Source of the DNA: a virus
Virus genome (UHGV): UHGV-0118085
Reading direction: 5' to 3' (one strand)
Length of the DNA: 17,017 nucleotides
Of this stretch, positions 1 through 7,152 are shown in pieces; the first letter of the stretch is position 1; each line of letters opens with the position of its first letter. The notes under the pieces were generated by a model. It had not been told where the DNA came from. It did no database searches and worked only from the letters and a program-made list of their open reading frames with translations. The position numbers were made by a program, and so were the translations under genes.

Positions 1-44
1 GGAAGCAAATCATCTGCAATGCATTAAGCAGCAGGCAAATTGAG

Positions 45-89
45 GATAAAAAAAAACCCCACATCATGTGGGGGAAGACAGGGATGGTG
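45..89. repeat. Attachment-site direct repeat, ogr-proximal copy
   Basis: gataaaaaaaaaccccacatcatgtgggggaagacagggatggtg matches 16963..17007 at 44 of 45 positions; the single difference is a at 56 versus c at 16974. The flanks diverge immediately outside the repeat. Confidence 0.8.
48..73 (-). terminator. Intrinsic-terminator-like hairpin inside the att core
   Basis: A 7-bp stem ccccaca/tgtgggg (57..63 and 67..73) with a 3-nt loop follows a run of nine A (48..56). On the minus strand this reads as a GC-rich hairpin followed by a U tract. The same structure is present in the right copy. Confidence 0.5.
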
Positions 90-112
90 ATTTAAATATC
101 ACCATAACCGAA

Positions 113-134
113 TGAAACAAAAGGATTTGTTTCA
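113..134. repeat. Perfect 9-bp inverted repeat tgaaacaaa-agga-tttgtttca
   Basis: Read directly from the sequence, between the att core and the arm-type repeats. Function unknown; possibly a protein-binding site in the att arm. Confidence 0.4.
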
Positions 135-140
135 TGTGAT

Positions 141-158
141 GTCCACACATCGTCCACA
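141..158. promoter_or_regulatory. Two direct GTCCACA repeats 11 bp apart, candidate integrase arm-type sites
   Basis: GTCCACA occurs at 141..147 and 152..158. The same pair with the same 11-bp spacing occurs at 16863..16869 and 16874..16880. Direct repeats one helical turn apart flanking both ends is the pattern expected for tyrosine-integrase arm sites. Confidence 0.5.
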
Positions 159-161
159 TCG

Positions 162-186
162 AAAAAAAGCCCCGCATCTGCGGGGC
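162..186 (-). terminator. Rho-independent terminator immediately 3' of ogr
   Basis: Stem gccccgc/gcggggc (169..175 and 180..186) with loop atct, followed on the minus strand by a run of seven T (162..168). It begins 5 nt after the ogr stop codon. Confidence 0.7.
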
Positions 187-191
187 CTTCA

Positions 192-440
192 TTATATCGC
201 TAAATTTAGTTGATCGCGTCCATAGTGCGAGGCGGGAAAGACGCCTGCAGGAACAAAGTCAGGCGCTAATTTATCGCGCCGCTCACGCTTGGTGACAATT
301 TTTTCAACGCTATTAAGCGTCGTGAATGACAAGCCGCATTCCATGTTCTGGCACTGATGATACTGACGAATCGTGACTTCACTGAGAGGCTTACTGGTGC
401 GGGTGCGGGCCGTAGCGCCACAATGTGGACATTTGAACAT
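192..440 (-). CDS. ogr: Ogr/Delta-type zinc-finger late-gene transcription activator
   Basis: 82-aa ORF with the Cys4 spacing C-x2-C-x22-C-x4-C (CPHC ... CQNMEC) and the YHQCQN motif typical of P2 Ogr. It sits directly downstream of D, as in P2. Confidence 0.85.
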   Translation of the reverse strand: MFKCPHCGATARTRTSKPLSEVTIRQYHQCQNMECGLSFTTLNSVEKIVTKRERRDKLAPDFVPAGVFPASHYGRDQLNLAI

Positions 441-478
441 AATGGTGACTCCCCTGGGGAGTTGAACTCATCGCTATT

Positions 479-1612
479 CTATTCAGTTTCTGCAATCCAG
501 TCAGATATTTTTGCTTCAAAGTTAAGCTGTGTAGTAAATCCATTGCTATCAACGTCATGCTGTACCTTGCTGATTATCCAGTCCTGGGCGTCAATATCTG
601 CCTTAAAACCGGTCACGGTCGAATGCATTTCCGGGTACAACTCCGCACGCCCGCGCGCCAAGGTGATCGAAAACTCCGCCGCGCCGCGCTGTAACTGCTG
701 CCACTTTGCCGCCGCTGCGCGCCTAGCGGCTTCTTCGTTCTGGAAGGTTTTACGCATAATAAAAACGTTACCTTCAGCGCCTTCAATGTAGTCACCTTCC
801 CTGCTGCTGCTCTTATCCTTTTTTTTCGTTGTGGCACGGCGACGAACGCTAACCTTTTTCTTTTTCCCGTAGTTTAGATCAAGCCAGTACGCGCGGACGC
901 CGGTATAAGCGTCACGATCAGCAACCCGGAAGCGGTGCCGGTCTCCACTGCTGCGCGTGATGGCAATCGACGGAATAGCCTTCCCTGATGCAGTGAAACC
1001 ACCACCCGGCACGATAAACAGCAGACTTCCATTTTTTACCGTGGCGATGGCCCCTAACATTTCCGCCATTCTGGTCAGAAATGACATATCGCTTTCCTGA
1101 GTCTGATCGGCGTGATCAATTTCCACATCCATCAACAGATCGCTGATTTGCGGCGTCAGGTCATACCGTTTTGCGATAGCAGACACAATCCGCTCCACAG
1201 TCACATCATGCCAGGAGACTTCACGCTTTACGTTAAACTCTTCTCTGAAATCTGCACTTCTGGCAGTCACGGTGATACGGTCGGGCGGCCCGTCGTGCGC
1301 CACTTCATCAACCGTGTAGATGCCCTTATAAACCAGCGCTTCACCCATCCACCCCAGCCAGAAAGACAACTCAGCGCCACGCGGCGGAAGAGCAACGCTT
1401 CCATCAGTGTCATCCAGCTCTAATGTCAGCTGATCGGCGTCAAAACCCCGGTTGTCCGTCAGGCTGATGGATATCACGCGATCTGATAATTCTGTTAACA
1501 CCTTCCCGCCTTGCCGGACGCTGAATGCTGGTATTTTTAACGCCTCCGTCAGGATGTCATCGACACCGCCAGCCGCGCCCGAAATCATACTGCTGATCAC
1601 TGAAACACTCAT
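479..1612 (-). CDS. D: Phage tail protein D (gpD / late control D family)
   Basis: Long ORF resembling the P2 gpD family and immediately upstream of ogr. The track ORF runs to 1726, but the ATG at 1612..1610 is preceded by GGAGG and gives a P2-D-like length of about 377 aa, so I prefer that start. Confidence 0.8.
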   Translation of the reverse strand: MSVSVISSMISGAAGGVDDILTEALKIPAFSVRQGGKVLTELSDRVISISLTDNRGFDADQLTLELDDTDGSVALPPRGAELSFWLGWMGEALVYKGIYTVDEVAHDGPPDRITVTARSADFREEFNVKREVSWHDVTVERIVSAIAKRYDLTPQISDLLMDVEIDHADQTQESDMSFLTRMAEMLGAIATVKNGSLLFIVPGGGFTASGKAIPSIAITRSSGDRHRFRVADRDAYTGVRAYWLDLNYGKKKKVSVRRRATTKKKDKSSSREGDYIEGAEGNVFIMRKTFQNEEAARRAAAAKWQQLQRGAAEFSITLARGRAELYPEMHSTVTGFKADIDAQDWIISKVQHDVDSNGFTTQLNFEAKISDWIAETE

Positions 1613-1672
1613 ATACCCTCCCGTTTTGCTGAATAATTCCACGCGGGCGCGCGTGGGAGAATTCGTTTTAGT

Positions 1673-1690
1673 TGTCAGAGAGATAGCACA
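1673..1690 (+). promoter_or_regulatory. TGT-N12-ACA dyad, the Ogr-dependent P2 late-promoter activator-site pattern, upstream of FI
   Basis: TGT at 1673..1675, a 12-nt spacer cagagagatagc, then ACA at 1688..1690. The dyad centre is about 70 to 85 bp upstream of the FI start, the right region for an activator site near -55. Confidence 0.5.
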
Positions 1691-1753
1691 ACCAGAAAGG
1701 CGTGAAGCCGTTACGTCAATCAGCAATCATGGTGGCGAACTCAACAAAACGTA

Positions 1754-2956
1754 ATGGTGACAAACATGTCTGAGACACGTTTTCACGGTGCTCGCACCAA
1801 AGAAGAAACCGACATCACGAGGGTAATTAACGACATTGACTCCAGCGTCATTGGCGTGATTGTCATCGCTGATGACGCAGACGAAGACGCTTTCCCACTT
1901 AACATCCCAACGCTTATCACGCGGCCTCAGTCGATGCTCGGCAAGGCAGGGAAAACAGGGACGTTGTACAAAACACTGAAAGCTATTTCAGACCAGGCAA
2001 GCGCGAAAATCATTGTTGTTCGTGTTGCCACGGCTAAACCGCCGGAGGAAGGGAAAACGGCGGAAACACAGTCGCAGTTGATTATTGGTGGCTCTGATGC
2101 TGACGGTAACTACACCGGCATGTATGCGCTACTGACCGCCGAACAAAAAACGGGATATCGCCCGCGCGTCCTGGCGGTGCCGGAATACGATACCGAAGAA
2201 GTAACATCACAGCTTTGCGTGATCGCCAAACAGCTTCGCGCCTTTGTTTATGCTGGCTGTAACGGCTGCAACACACTGGCAGAGGCCCGGCAATATCGTG
2301 AAACCTTCGCATCACGTGAACTCATGCTGATCTGGCCTAACTACATTGCCTATAACCAGGTGTCCGGGGCAAATGAAGAGTTTCCCGCCCCAGCCTATGC
2401 GGTAGGGCTGCGCGCGTTTATTGACAACCAATACGGCTGGCATCGTTCTCTGTCTAACATCGCCGTCAGTAACGTGCTTGGCATGTCGAAGGACGTTTTC
2501 TGGGCGCTCCAGGCTGAAGACAGCGACGCCCAGACGCTGAACAACGATGAAATCACCACCATCATCAAGCGTAACGGCTTCCGCTTCTGGGGCAACCGCA
2601 CCACTGACACCAATGAATTTACTTTTGAGGTGTACACCCGTACGGCGCAAATCCTGGCGGACACCATCGCAGAGGCACAGTTTGAAACCGTTGACGGGCC
2701 ACTTACCCCAACCAACGTGAAAGACGTGGTGAGTGCAATTAACAAGAAACTCAGCGCACTTGTGACCGCTGGCAAGCTGCTTGGCGCGGAGGCGTGGTTT
2801 GACATTGTGGACAACCCGACCGCAAACCTGATTCAGGGAAAAGTGGCGATCCGTTACAAGTATACGCCAGTACCGCCGATGGAAGATTTAACGCTGATCC
2901 AGACGTTCACCGATGAATATTTTGAAGGCGCGTTTTCGTCTCTGGGGAGTAACTAA
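1754..2956 (+). CDS. FI: Contractile tail sheath protein (P2 FI family)
   Basis: 400-aa ORF with tail-sheath hallmarks (DADEDAFPLN near the N-terminus, GFRFWGNRT, LRAF, C-terminal YTPVPP). Its stop is immediately followed by the start of the tube-like ORF, as for FI-FII in P2. The true start may be the ATG at 1766 (MSETRF...). Confidence 0.85.
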   Translation: MVTNMSETRFHGARTKEETDITRVINDIDSSVIGVIVIADDADEDAFPLNIPTLITRPQSMLGKAGKTGTLYKTLKAISDQASAKIIVVRVATAKPPEEGKTAETQSQLIIGGSDADGNYTGMYALLTAEQKTGYRPRVLAVPEYDTEEVTSQLCVIAKQLRAFVYAGCNGCNTLAEARQYRETFASRELMLIWPNYIAYNQVSGANEEFPAPAYAVGLRAFIDNQYGWHRSLSNIAVSNVLGMSKDVFWALQAEDSDAQTLNNDEITTIIKRNGFRFWGNRTTDTNEFTFEVYTRTAQILADTIAEAQFETVDGPLTPTNVKDVVSAINKKLSALVTAGKLLGAEAWFDIVDNPTANLIQGKVAIRYKYTPVPPMEDLTLIQTFTDEYFEGAFSSLGSN

Positions 2957-4039
2957 ATGGCGATTCCAGCAAAATTGCGGCTGTTCACCTGCTTCGTGAA
3001 CAGCGTAAACAATATCGGCAAAGTGACATCTGTGACGCTGCCAAAACTGACCCGGAAAACGGAAGACTACCAGGGCGGCGGCATGATTGGTTCCGTTGCC
3101 GTCGATCTCGGACTGGATATCTGGCGATTCTGGGAACCGATCAAAGCCTTCTTTGCGGGCTTCTTTGCCGGTGTGATGCAGGCTCTTACACCGTTCCGGG
3201 ATGCCTTTGCCGGGCTGGCCCCCGTCTTTGATGTGATCTCGAATGCCGTTTCTGAGTTATGGCAGTGGTTCAGCAACCTGCTTTCACCAATGACGACCAG
3301 CAAAGAGATGCTTGATAAATGCGCAAGCGCTGGGGAGACATTCGGCAAAGTGTTTGGCCTGGCAATTCAGGGGTTAATGTTGCCTCTGACCGGGCTAGCC
3401 AAAATGGTTGGATGGATACTTGAAAAGCTGGGACTGATTCCATCCGGGATTGAAACAGCAAAAGCAAAAGCTGAGAAGGTACAGAAGGAACTAACACCGG
3501 CAGGATTGACTATGCTGCAGGACAAAGTTGGCGCGCTCACTGGTGATGTAAAAGCAGTAACCGCACCACCTATCGCACCGCCATCACCGGTGATTGCCGC
3601 AGATACAGGAACACAACGACGCTTACAGAAAATTGCCGACAACACCGGCGGGATGCTGGATGAAACCAAAAAACGGATCGGCCCTGGCGATATAGTGTTT
3701 AAAAACCTGCCCCGCGCATTAGCCGTCCACGGCACATGGCAGGAAGCACAATCAACCCAAGGCGCTAACCTGACCCAACTGAGCGGGCGACCGGTTATCG
3801 CAGCGGCATCAGCCCCGATTAAACCAGCGGCTGAAATACAGGCTATTGGCGGGCAATCCAGGAAACAAATCAGCAGATCGGCGCAAAACACCACGCCTGA
3901 TGAAATGCATATTCACATTCATATGCACGGCAATTTCAGCAACGACGCCCGCGACATTGCGCGCATGACCGCCGACGCAGTACAGGCAGAATTTAATAAG
4001 CGCTTCCGCTCACGTAGCAGCTTCAGTGACAATGAATAG
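2957..4039 (+). CDS. Chimeric ORF: tail-tube (FII-like) N-terminus fused in frame to a tape-measure (gpT-like) C-terminal portion; probably a deletion remnant
   Basis: The first ~54 residues (MAIPAKLRLF...VTLPKLTRK...VDLGLD) resemble the tail-tube N-terminus. The remainder is an Ala/Gly-rich, partly hydrophobic sequence typical of a tape-measure C-terminus. 360 aa is far too long for a tube protein (about 170 aa) and far too short for a tape measure (about 800 aa). Confidence 0.6.
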   Translation: MAIPAKLRLFTCFVNSVNNIGKVTSVTLPKLTRKTEDYQGGGMIGSVAVDLGLDIWRFWEPIKAFFAGFFAGVMQALTPFRDAFAGLAPVFDVISNAVSELWQWFSNLLSPMTTSKEMLDKCASAGETFGKVFGLAIQGLMLPLTGLAKMVGWILEKLGLIPSGIETAKAKAEKVQKELTPAGLTMLQDKVGALTGDVKAVTAPPIAPPSPVIAADTGTQRRLQKIADNTGGMLDETKKRIGPGDIVFKNLPRALAVHGTWQEAQSTQGANLTQLSGRPVIAAASAPIKPAAEIQAIGGQSRKQISRSAQNTTPDEMHIHIHMHGNFSNDARDIARMTADAVQAEFNKRFRSRSSFSDNE

Positions 4040-4051
4040 GAGAGCAAAACA

Positions 4052-5749
4052 ATGATGATGGTTTACGGAATGTTCGTCTTTGAGTTAAAAACCGTTCCCC
4101 ACCAACAGTTGCAGCAATCAAAGACCTGGAGGCATGTGAAGAACGAACGCATAAACCGATCGGCAAAATGGCAATACATTGGCGCGGGTGACGATCAAAT
4201 CACCCTATGCCAACTCACCATGAAGCCGACAAAGACGGGCGGCGATCTGAAGGAAATTGACGCGCTCACGCGCCAGGTGAAGAAACTGGCAGAAGGACAA
4301 CCGGCGCAGCCATTCAAGAAAGCGCGCGCGAGCAAAAAGAAAAACCACTTCACCGAAGCGCAGATCGCCGCGCTGCGGGAAAAAATTCAGGACTCCTTGG
4401 CCTGGCATCAGCAAGGATGGTTTGAACAGCGCCAGCAGCGCAACCGCATGATCCTGAAAAGTCGCCAGATTGGCGCTACCTGGTACTTTGCCCGTGAAGC
4501 GCTTTTACAGGCGCTGCGGGATGACGTTAAGCACGGGTATCAGCGCAACCAGATTTTTCTGTCAGCGTCACGTCGCCAGGCGCACCAGTTCCGGGGCTTC
4601 ATCCAGAAGGTTGCAGAAGAAGTCGACGTAGAGCTAAAAGGCGGTGACAAAATTTTGTTATCTAACGGGGCCGAATTGCATTTTCTCGGCACGTCTGCTG
4701 CTACCGCGCAGAGCTACACCGGCAACCTGTTTTTCGACGAATTTTTCTGGGTAGGTAACTTTGCCAACCTCCGCAAGGTGGCTGGCGCAATGGCAACCCT
4801 GAAAGGACTGACGCGCACTTATTTTTCAACGCCATCGAGCGAAAGCCATGAAGCCTACCCCTTCTGGACGGGTAAGCGCTGGAATGAGAAGCGGGCAAAA
4901 TCCAGCCGAGTAGAGTTCGACACAAGCTGGAAGACGCTCAACAGCGGCCTGTTGTGCCCGGATAAAACCTGGCGGCAGATTGTCACCCTGAAGGACGTGA
5001 TCGACCACGGCTGGGAGTTCACCGACCTGGAAGAAATCCAGGACGAAAATACCCCGGACGAATACACCAACCTGTACATGTGTGAGTTCGTCAAAGAAGG
5101 TGAATCCGTTTTCTCACTTAATCAGCTACTGACGTGCGGCGCGGACGGCTACGACGACTGGCAGGACTGGAAACCCTACGCCCCCCGCCCGCTTGGCGAT
5201 CGTGAAGTCTGGATAGGCTACGACGCCAACGGCGGCAGTGGCAACGGTGACAGCGGCGCTGTTTCCGTGGTTACCCCTCCCCTGGTCAGTGGCGGCAAGT
5301 TCCGCACGATAGAGACGCGCCAGCTACGCGGGATGGAGTTTGAAGAACAGGCCAAAGTGATCGAAGACCTGACCATTAAATACAACGTCCGGCACATCGC
5401 AATTGACGGTACCGGCATTGGTGAAGCGGTCTGGCAACTGGTCAAGAAATTCTTCCCGGCGGCGGTCTGTTTCATCATGTCGCTGTCATCAAAGCGCACT
5501 CTGGTACTCAAAATGCAGCAGGTGATCCGCGCGGGCCGCTGGGAGTATGACCGTAGTGAACAGGCGTTAGTGTCAGCATTCAACGCCGTCAGGAAAATCA
5601 CCACCGCCGGTGGACAAATTACCTATGACACCGATCGCGCGCGCGGCGTCAGTCATGGCGACTTAGCCTGGGCAAATATGCTGGCAATCATCAACGAGCC
5701 ACTTGGACGCGAGAACGGCAGCGGCGGCGGTTCCGTAAGAGAGTTTTAA
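4052..5749 (+). CDS. Chimeric ORF: gpU-like tail-protein N-terminus (about 65 aa) fused in frame to a nearly complete large terminase (gpP-like, ATPase plus nuclease)
   Basis: The N-terminus MMMVYGMFVFELKTVPHQQLQ...WRH...ITL...TGG matches the gpU family pattern. The rest carries terminase large-subunit features (KSRQIGATWYFAREAL, QIFLSAS, GNLFFDEFFWV, YFSTPSS...YPFWTG, C-terminal IAIDGTGIG). An RBS (GGAG) precedes the ATG, and the stop overlaps the Q start (TAATG). Confidence 0.65.
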   Translation: MMMVYGMFVFELKTVPHQQLQQSKTWRHVKNERINRSAKWQYIGAGDDQITLCQLTMKPTKTGGDLKEIDALTRQVKKLAEGQPAQPFKKARASKKKNHFTEAQIAALREKIQDSLAWHQQGWFEQRQQRNRMILKSRQIGATWYFAREALLQALRDDVKHGYQRNQIFLSASRRQAHQFRGFIQKVAEEVDVELKGGDKILLSNGAELHFLGTSAATAQSYTGNLFFDEFFWVGNFANLRKVAGAMATLKGLTRTYFSTPSSESHEAYPFWTGKRWNEKRAKSSRVEFDTSWKTLNSGLLCPDKTWRQIVTLKDVIDHGWEFTDLEEIQDENTPDEYTNLYMCEFVKEGESVFSLNQLLTCGADGYDDWQDWKPYAPRPLGDREVWIGYDANGGSGNGDSGAVSVVTPPLVSGGKFRTIETRQLRGMEFEEQAKVIEDLTIKYNVRHIAIDGTGIGEAVWQLVKKFFPAAVCFIMSLSSKRTLVLKMQQVIRAGRWEYDRSEQALVSAFNAVRKITTAGGQITYDTDRARGVSHGDLAWANMLAIINEPLGRENGSGGGSVREF

Positions 5750-6810
5750 TGAACACAACAACACACGAAAGCGGCCTGACTATGCTTACTGACGGTACAC
5801 AGCAACATGATATTGGTGAAGCACTGAAGCGCGATCCAGCCCTTAGCGCTTTCACCTTTGATGGGCCATACCAGGTCGCTGACGCTTACGACCTGCTCGA
5901 CAATATGTATTGCGCCGATAACGGCAGATATTACGAAACACCGGTGGACTGGTACGGGCTTGCGCGCTCATTCGGCAAGGCGTCCTGGCACCAGTCAGCG
6001 CTGTACTTCAAGCGCAACGCGCTGGCGGGTTGCTTCATCCCACACCCGCTACTGTCTCGCCAGACGTTCTCCGCCCTGGCGCTTGACTGGTTTGTGTTTG
6101 GCAACTTCTACCTGGAAGAACGAAATAACCGACTAGGCGGGCTGCTACCGCTCCGCCATTCCCCGGCGAAATACACCCGGCGTGGCATTGACCTGGATAC
6201 ATACTGGTTTATCAGGCAGTGGAAAGACGAATCAGCTTTTAAAACCGGCTCTGTCTGCCATGTGTTGAACCCTGACATTCATCAGGAGATCTACGGGATG
6301 CCGGAGTACATGGGCGCGCTATTGTCAGCCAGCCTGTCACACTCGGCGGACATGTTCCGCAAGATGTATTACGAAAACGGATCTCATGCCGGATGCATTC
6401 TGTATATCGGCACATCACAGGTGGACGACGCTGGCGTAAAAGTCATACAGCAAACACTGGCGGGAGCCAGGAACAAAGGGGCATTTAAGAACGTAGTGAT
6501 CCACGCGCCAGGCGGCGGTAAAGACGGGGTACAACTGATGCCCTTCAGCCAGATATCAGCAAAGGATGAGTTTTTAAATATTAAATCAGCGACACGCGAT
6601 GACATTCTGGCGGCTCACCGCGTACCGCCGCAACTGATGGGGGCCATGCCGGACGGCAACGGCTCATTCGGTGATGTGGAGAAGGCCGCGCGCGTGTTTG
6701 CCATCAACGAACTAATGCCAGCAATGGAAGCGCTGAAGCACGTCAACGACTGGCTGGGGGAAGAAGTGATCCGCTTTAAACCTTACGCCCTGCTGGAAAC
6801 CATGAAATAA
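5749..6810 (+). CDS. Q: Phage portal protein (P2 gpQ family)
   Basis: 353-aa ORF of P2 Q size, translationally coupled to the terminase ORF, and followed by a GC-rich cos-like spacer as in P2. Confidence 0.85.
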   Translation: MNTTTHESGLTMLTDGTQQHDIGEALKRDPALSAFTFDGPYQVADAYDLLDNMYCADNGRYYETPVDWYGLARSFGKASWHQSALYFKRNALAGCFIPHPLLSRQTFSALALDWFVFGNFYLEERNNRLGGLLPLRHSPAKYTRRGIDLDTYWFIRQWKDESAFKTGSVCHVLNPDIHQEIYGMPEYMGALLSASLSHSADMFRKMYYENGSHAGCILYIGTSQVDDAGVKVIQQTLAGARNKGAFKNVVIHAPGGGKDGVQLMPFSQISAKDEFLNIKSATRDDILAAHRVPPQLMGAMPDGNGSFGDVEKAARVFAINELMPAMEALKHVNDWLGEEVIRFKPYALLETMK

Positions 6811-6984
6811 CCAACCCGCCGCCATCCCGGCGGCGCTCTCCGCATCACATCAATACACGGCACGCCAGCGCCATTCTAAGCGCCCCATAATCTAAACACG
6901 CCATTACCCGCACACAACACACAGAACGCAGCAGCGCGCCAGAATTGCGCCAATTTCCCTATATTTGAGGTATACCCCTTCCCA

Positions 6985-7030
6985 CCCCGCCGCGCGGGCT
7001 TTCCCCCCGTCACCTGCGCGCGGCAAACAC
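6985..7030. other. Putative cos (cohesive-end / packaging) region
   Basis: A GC-rich palindromic stretch containing gctttcccc, which resembles the reverse complement of the P2 cos end as I recall it. It lies about 190 bp past the portal stop, where cos is expected in this orientation. The match is partial. Confidence 0.3.
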
Positions 7031-7152
7031 GCGTGTTTTCGTGCATTGGCAGAACCACATCCAGCAACCATAGACCCTGCCATTATCGTCTTAAAACTCG
7101 ACTGATTTAGTTGTGCATTTTTGTGCACTTTCTTGCATGTCATTACACGTAT

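Noticed and set aside
45-89. Integration into a tRNA or tmRNA gene
   Set aside because: The duplicated core is an A-run plus a short hairpin, a terminator-like structure. I see no tRNA acceptor/T-arm features such as a GTTCRANYC-type T-loop in the core or flanks.
357-791. 144-aa plus-strand ORF
   Set aside because: It lies entirely antisense to ogr and the 3' end of D, both of which have strong family signatures. No RBS or motif supports it.
1112-1754. Plus-strand ORFs of 103 and 100 aa antisense to D
   Set aside because: Antisense to the well-supported D gene; the second would run across the D/FI promoter region.
2082-5604. Minus-strand ORFs of 60 to 175 aa antisense to FI, the two chimeric ORFs and the terminase
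   Set aside because: Each is embedded in a longer, family-supported plus-strand ORF. Ala/Pro/Ser-rich composition is typical of chance frames in GC-rich coding sequence.
6876-7143. 63-aa and 79-aa minus-strand ORFs in the spacer between portal and cargo gene
   Set aside because: They run through the GC-rich palindromic cos-like region, have Cys/Ala/Gly/Arg-biased composition typical of GC-rich non-coding sequence, and have no convincing RBS.
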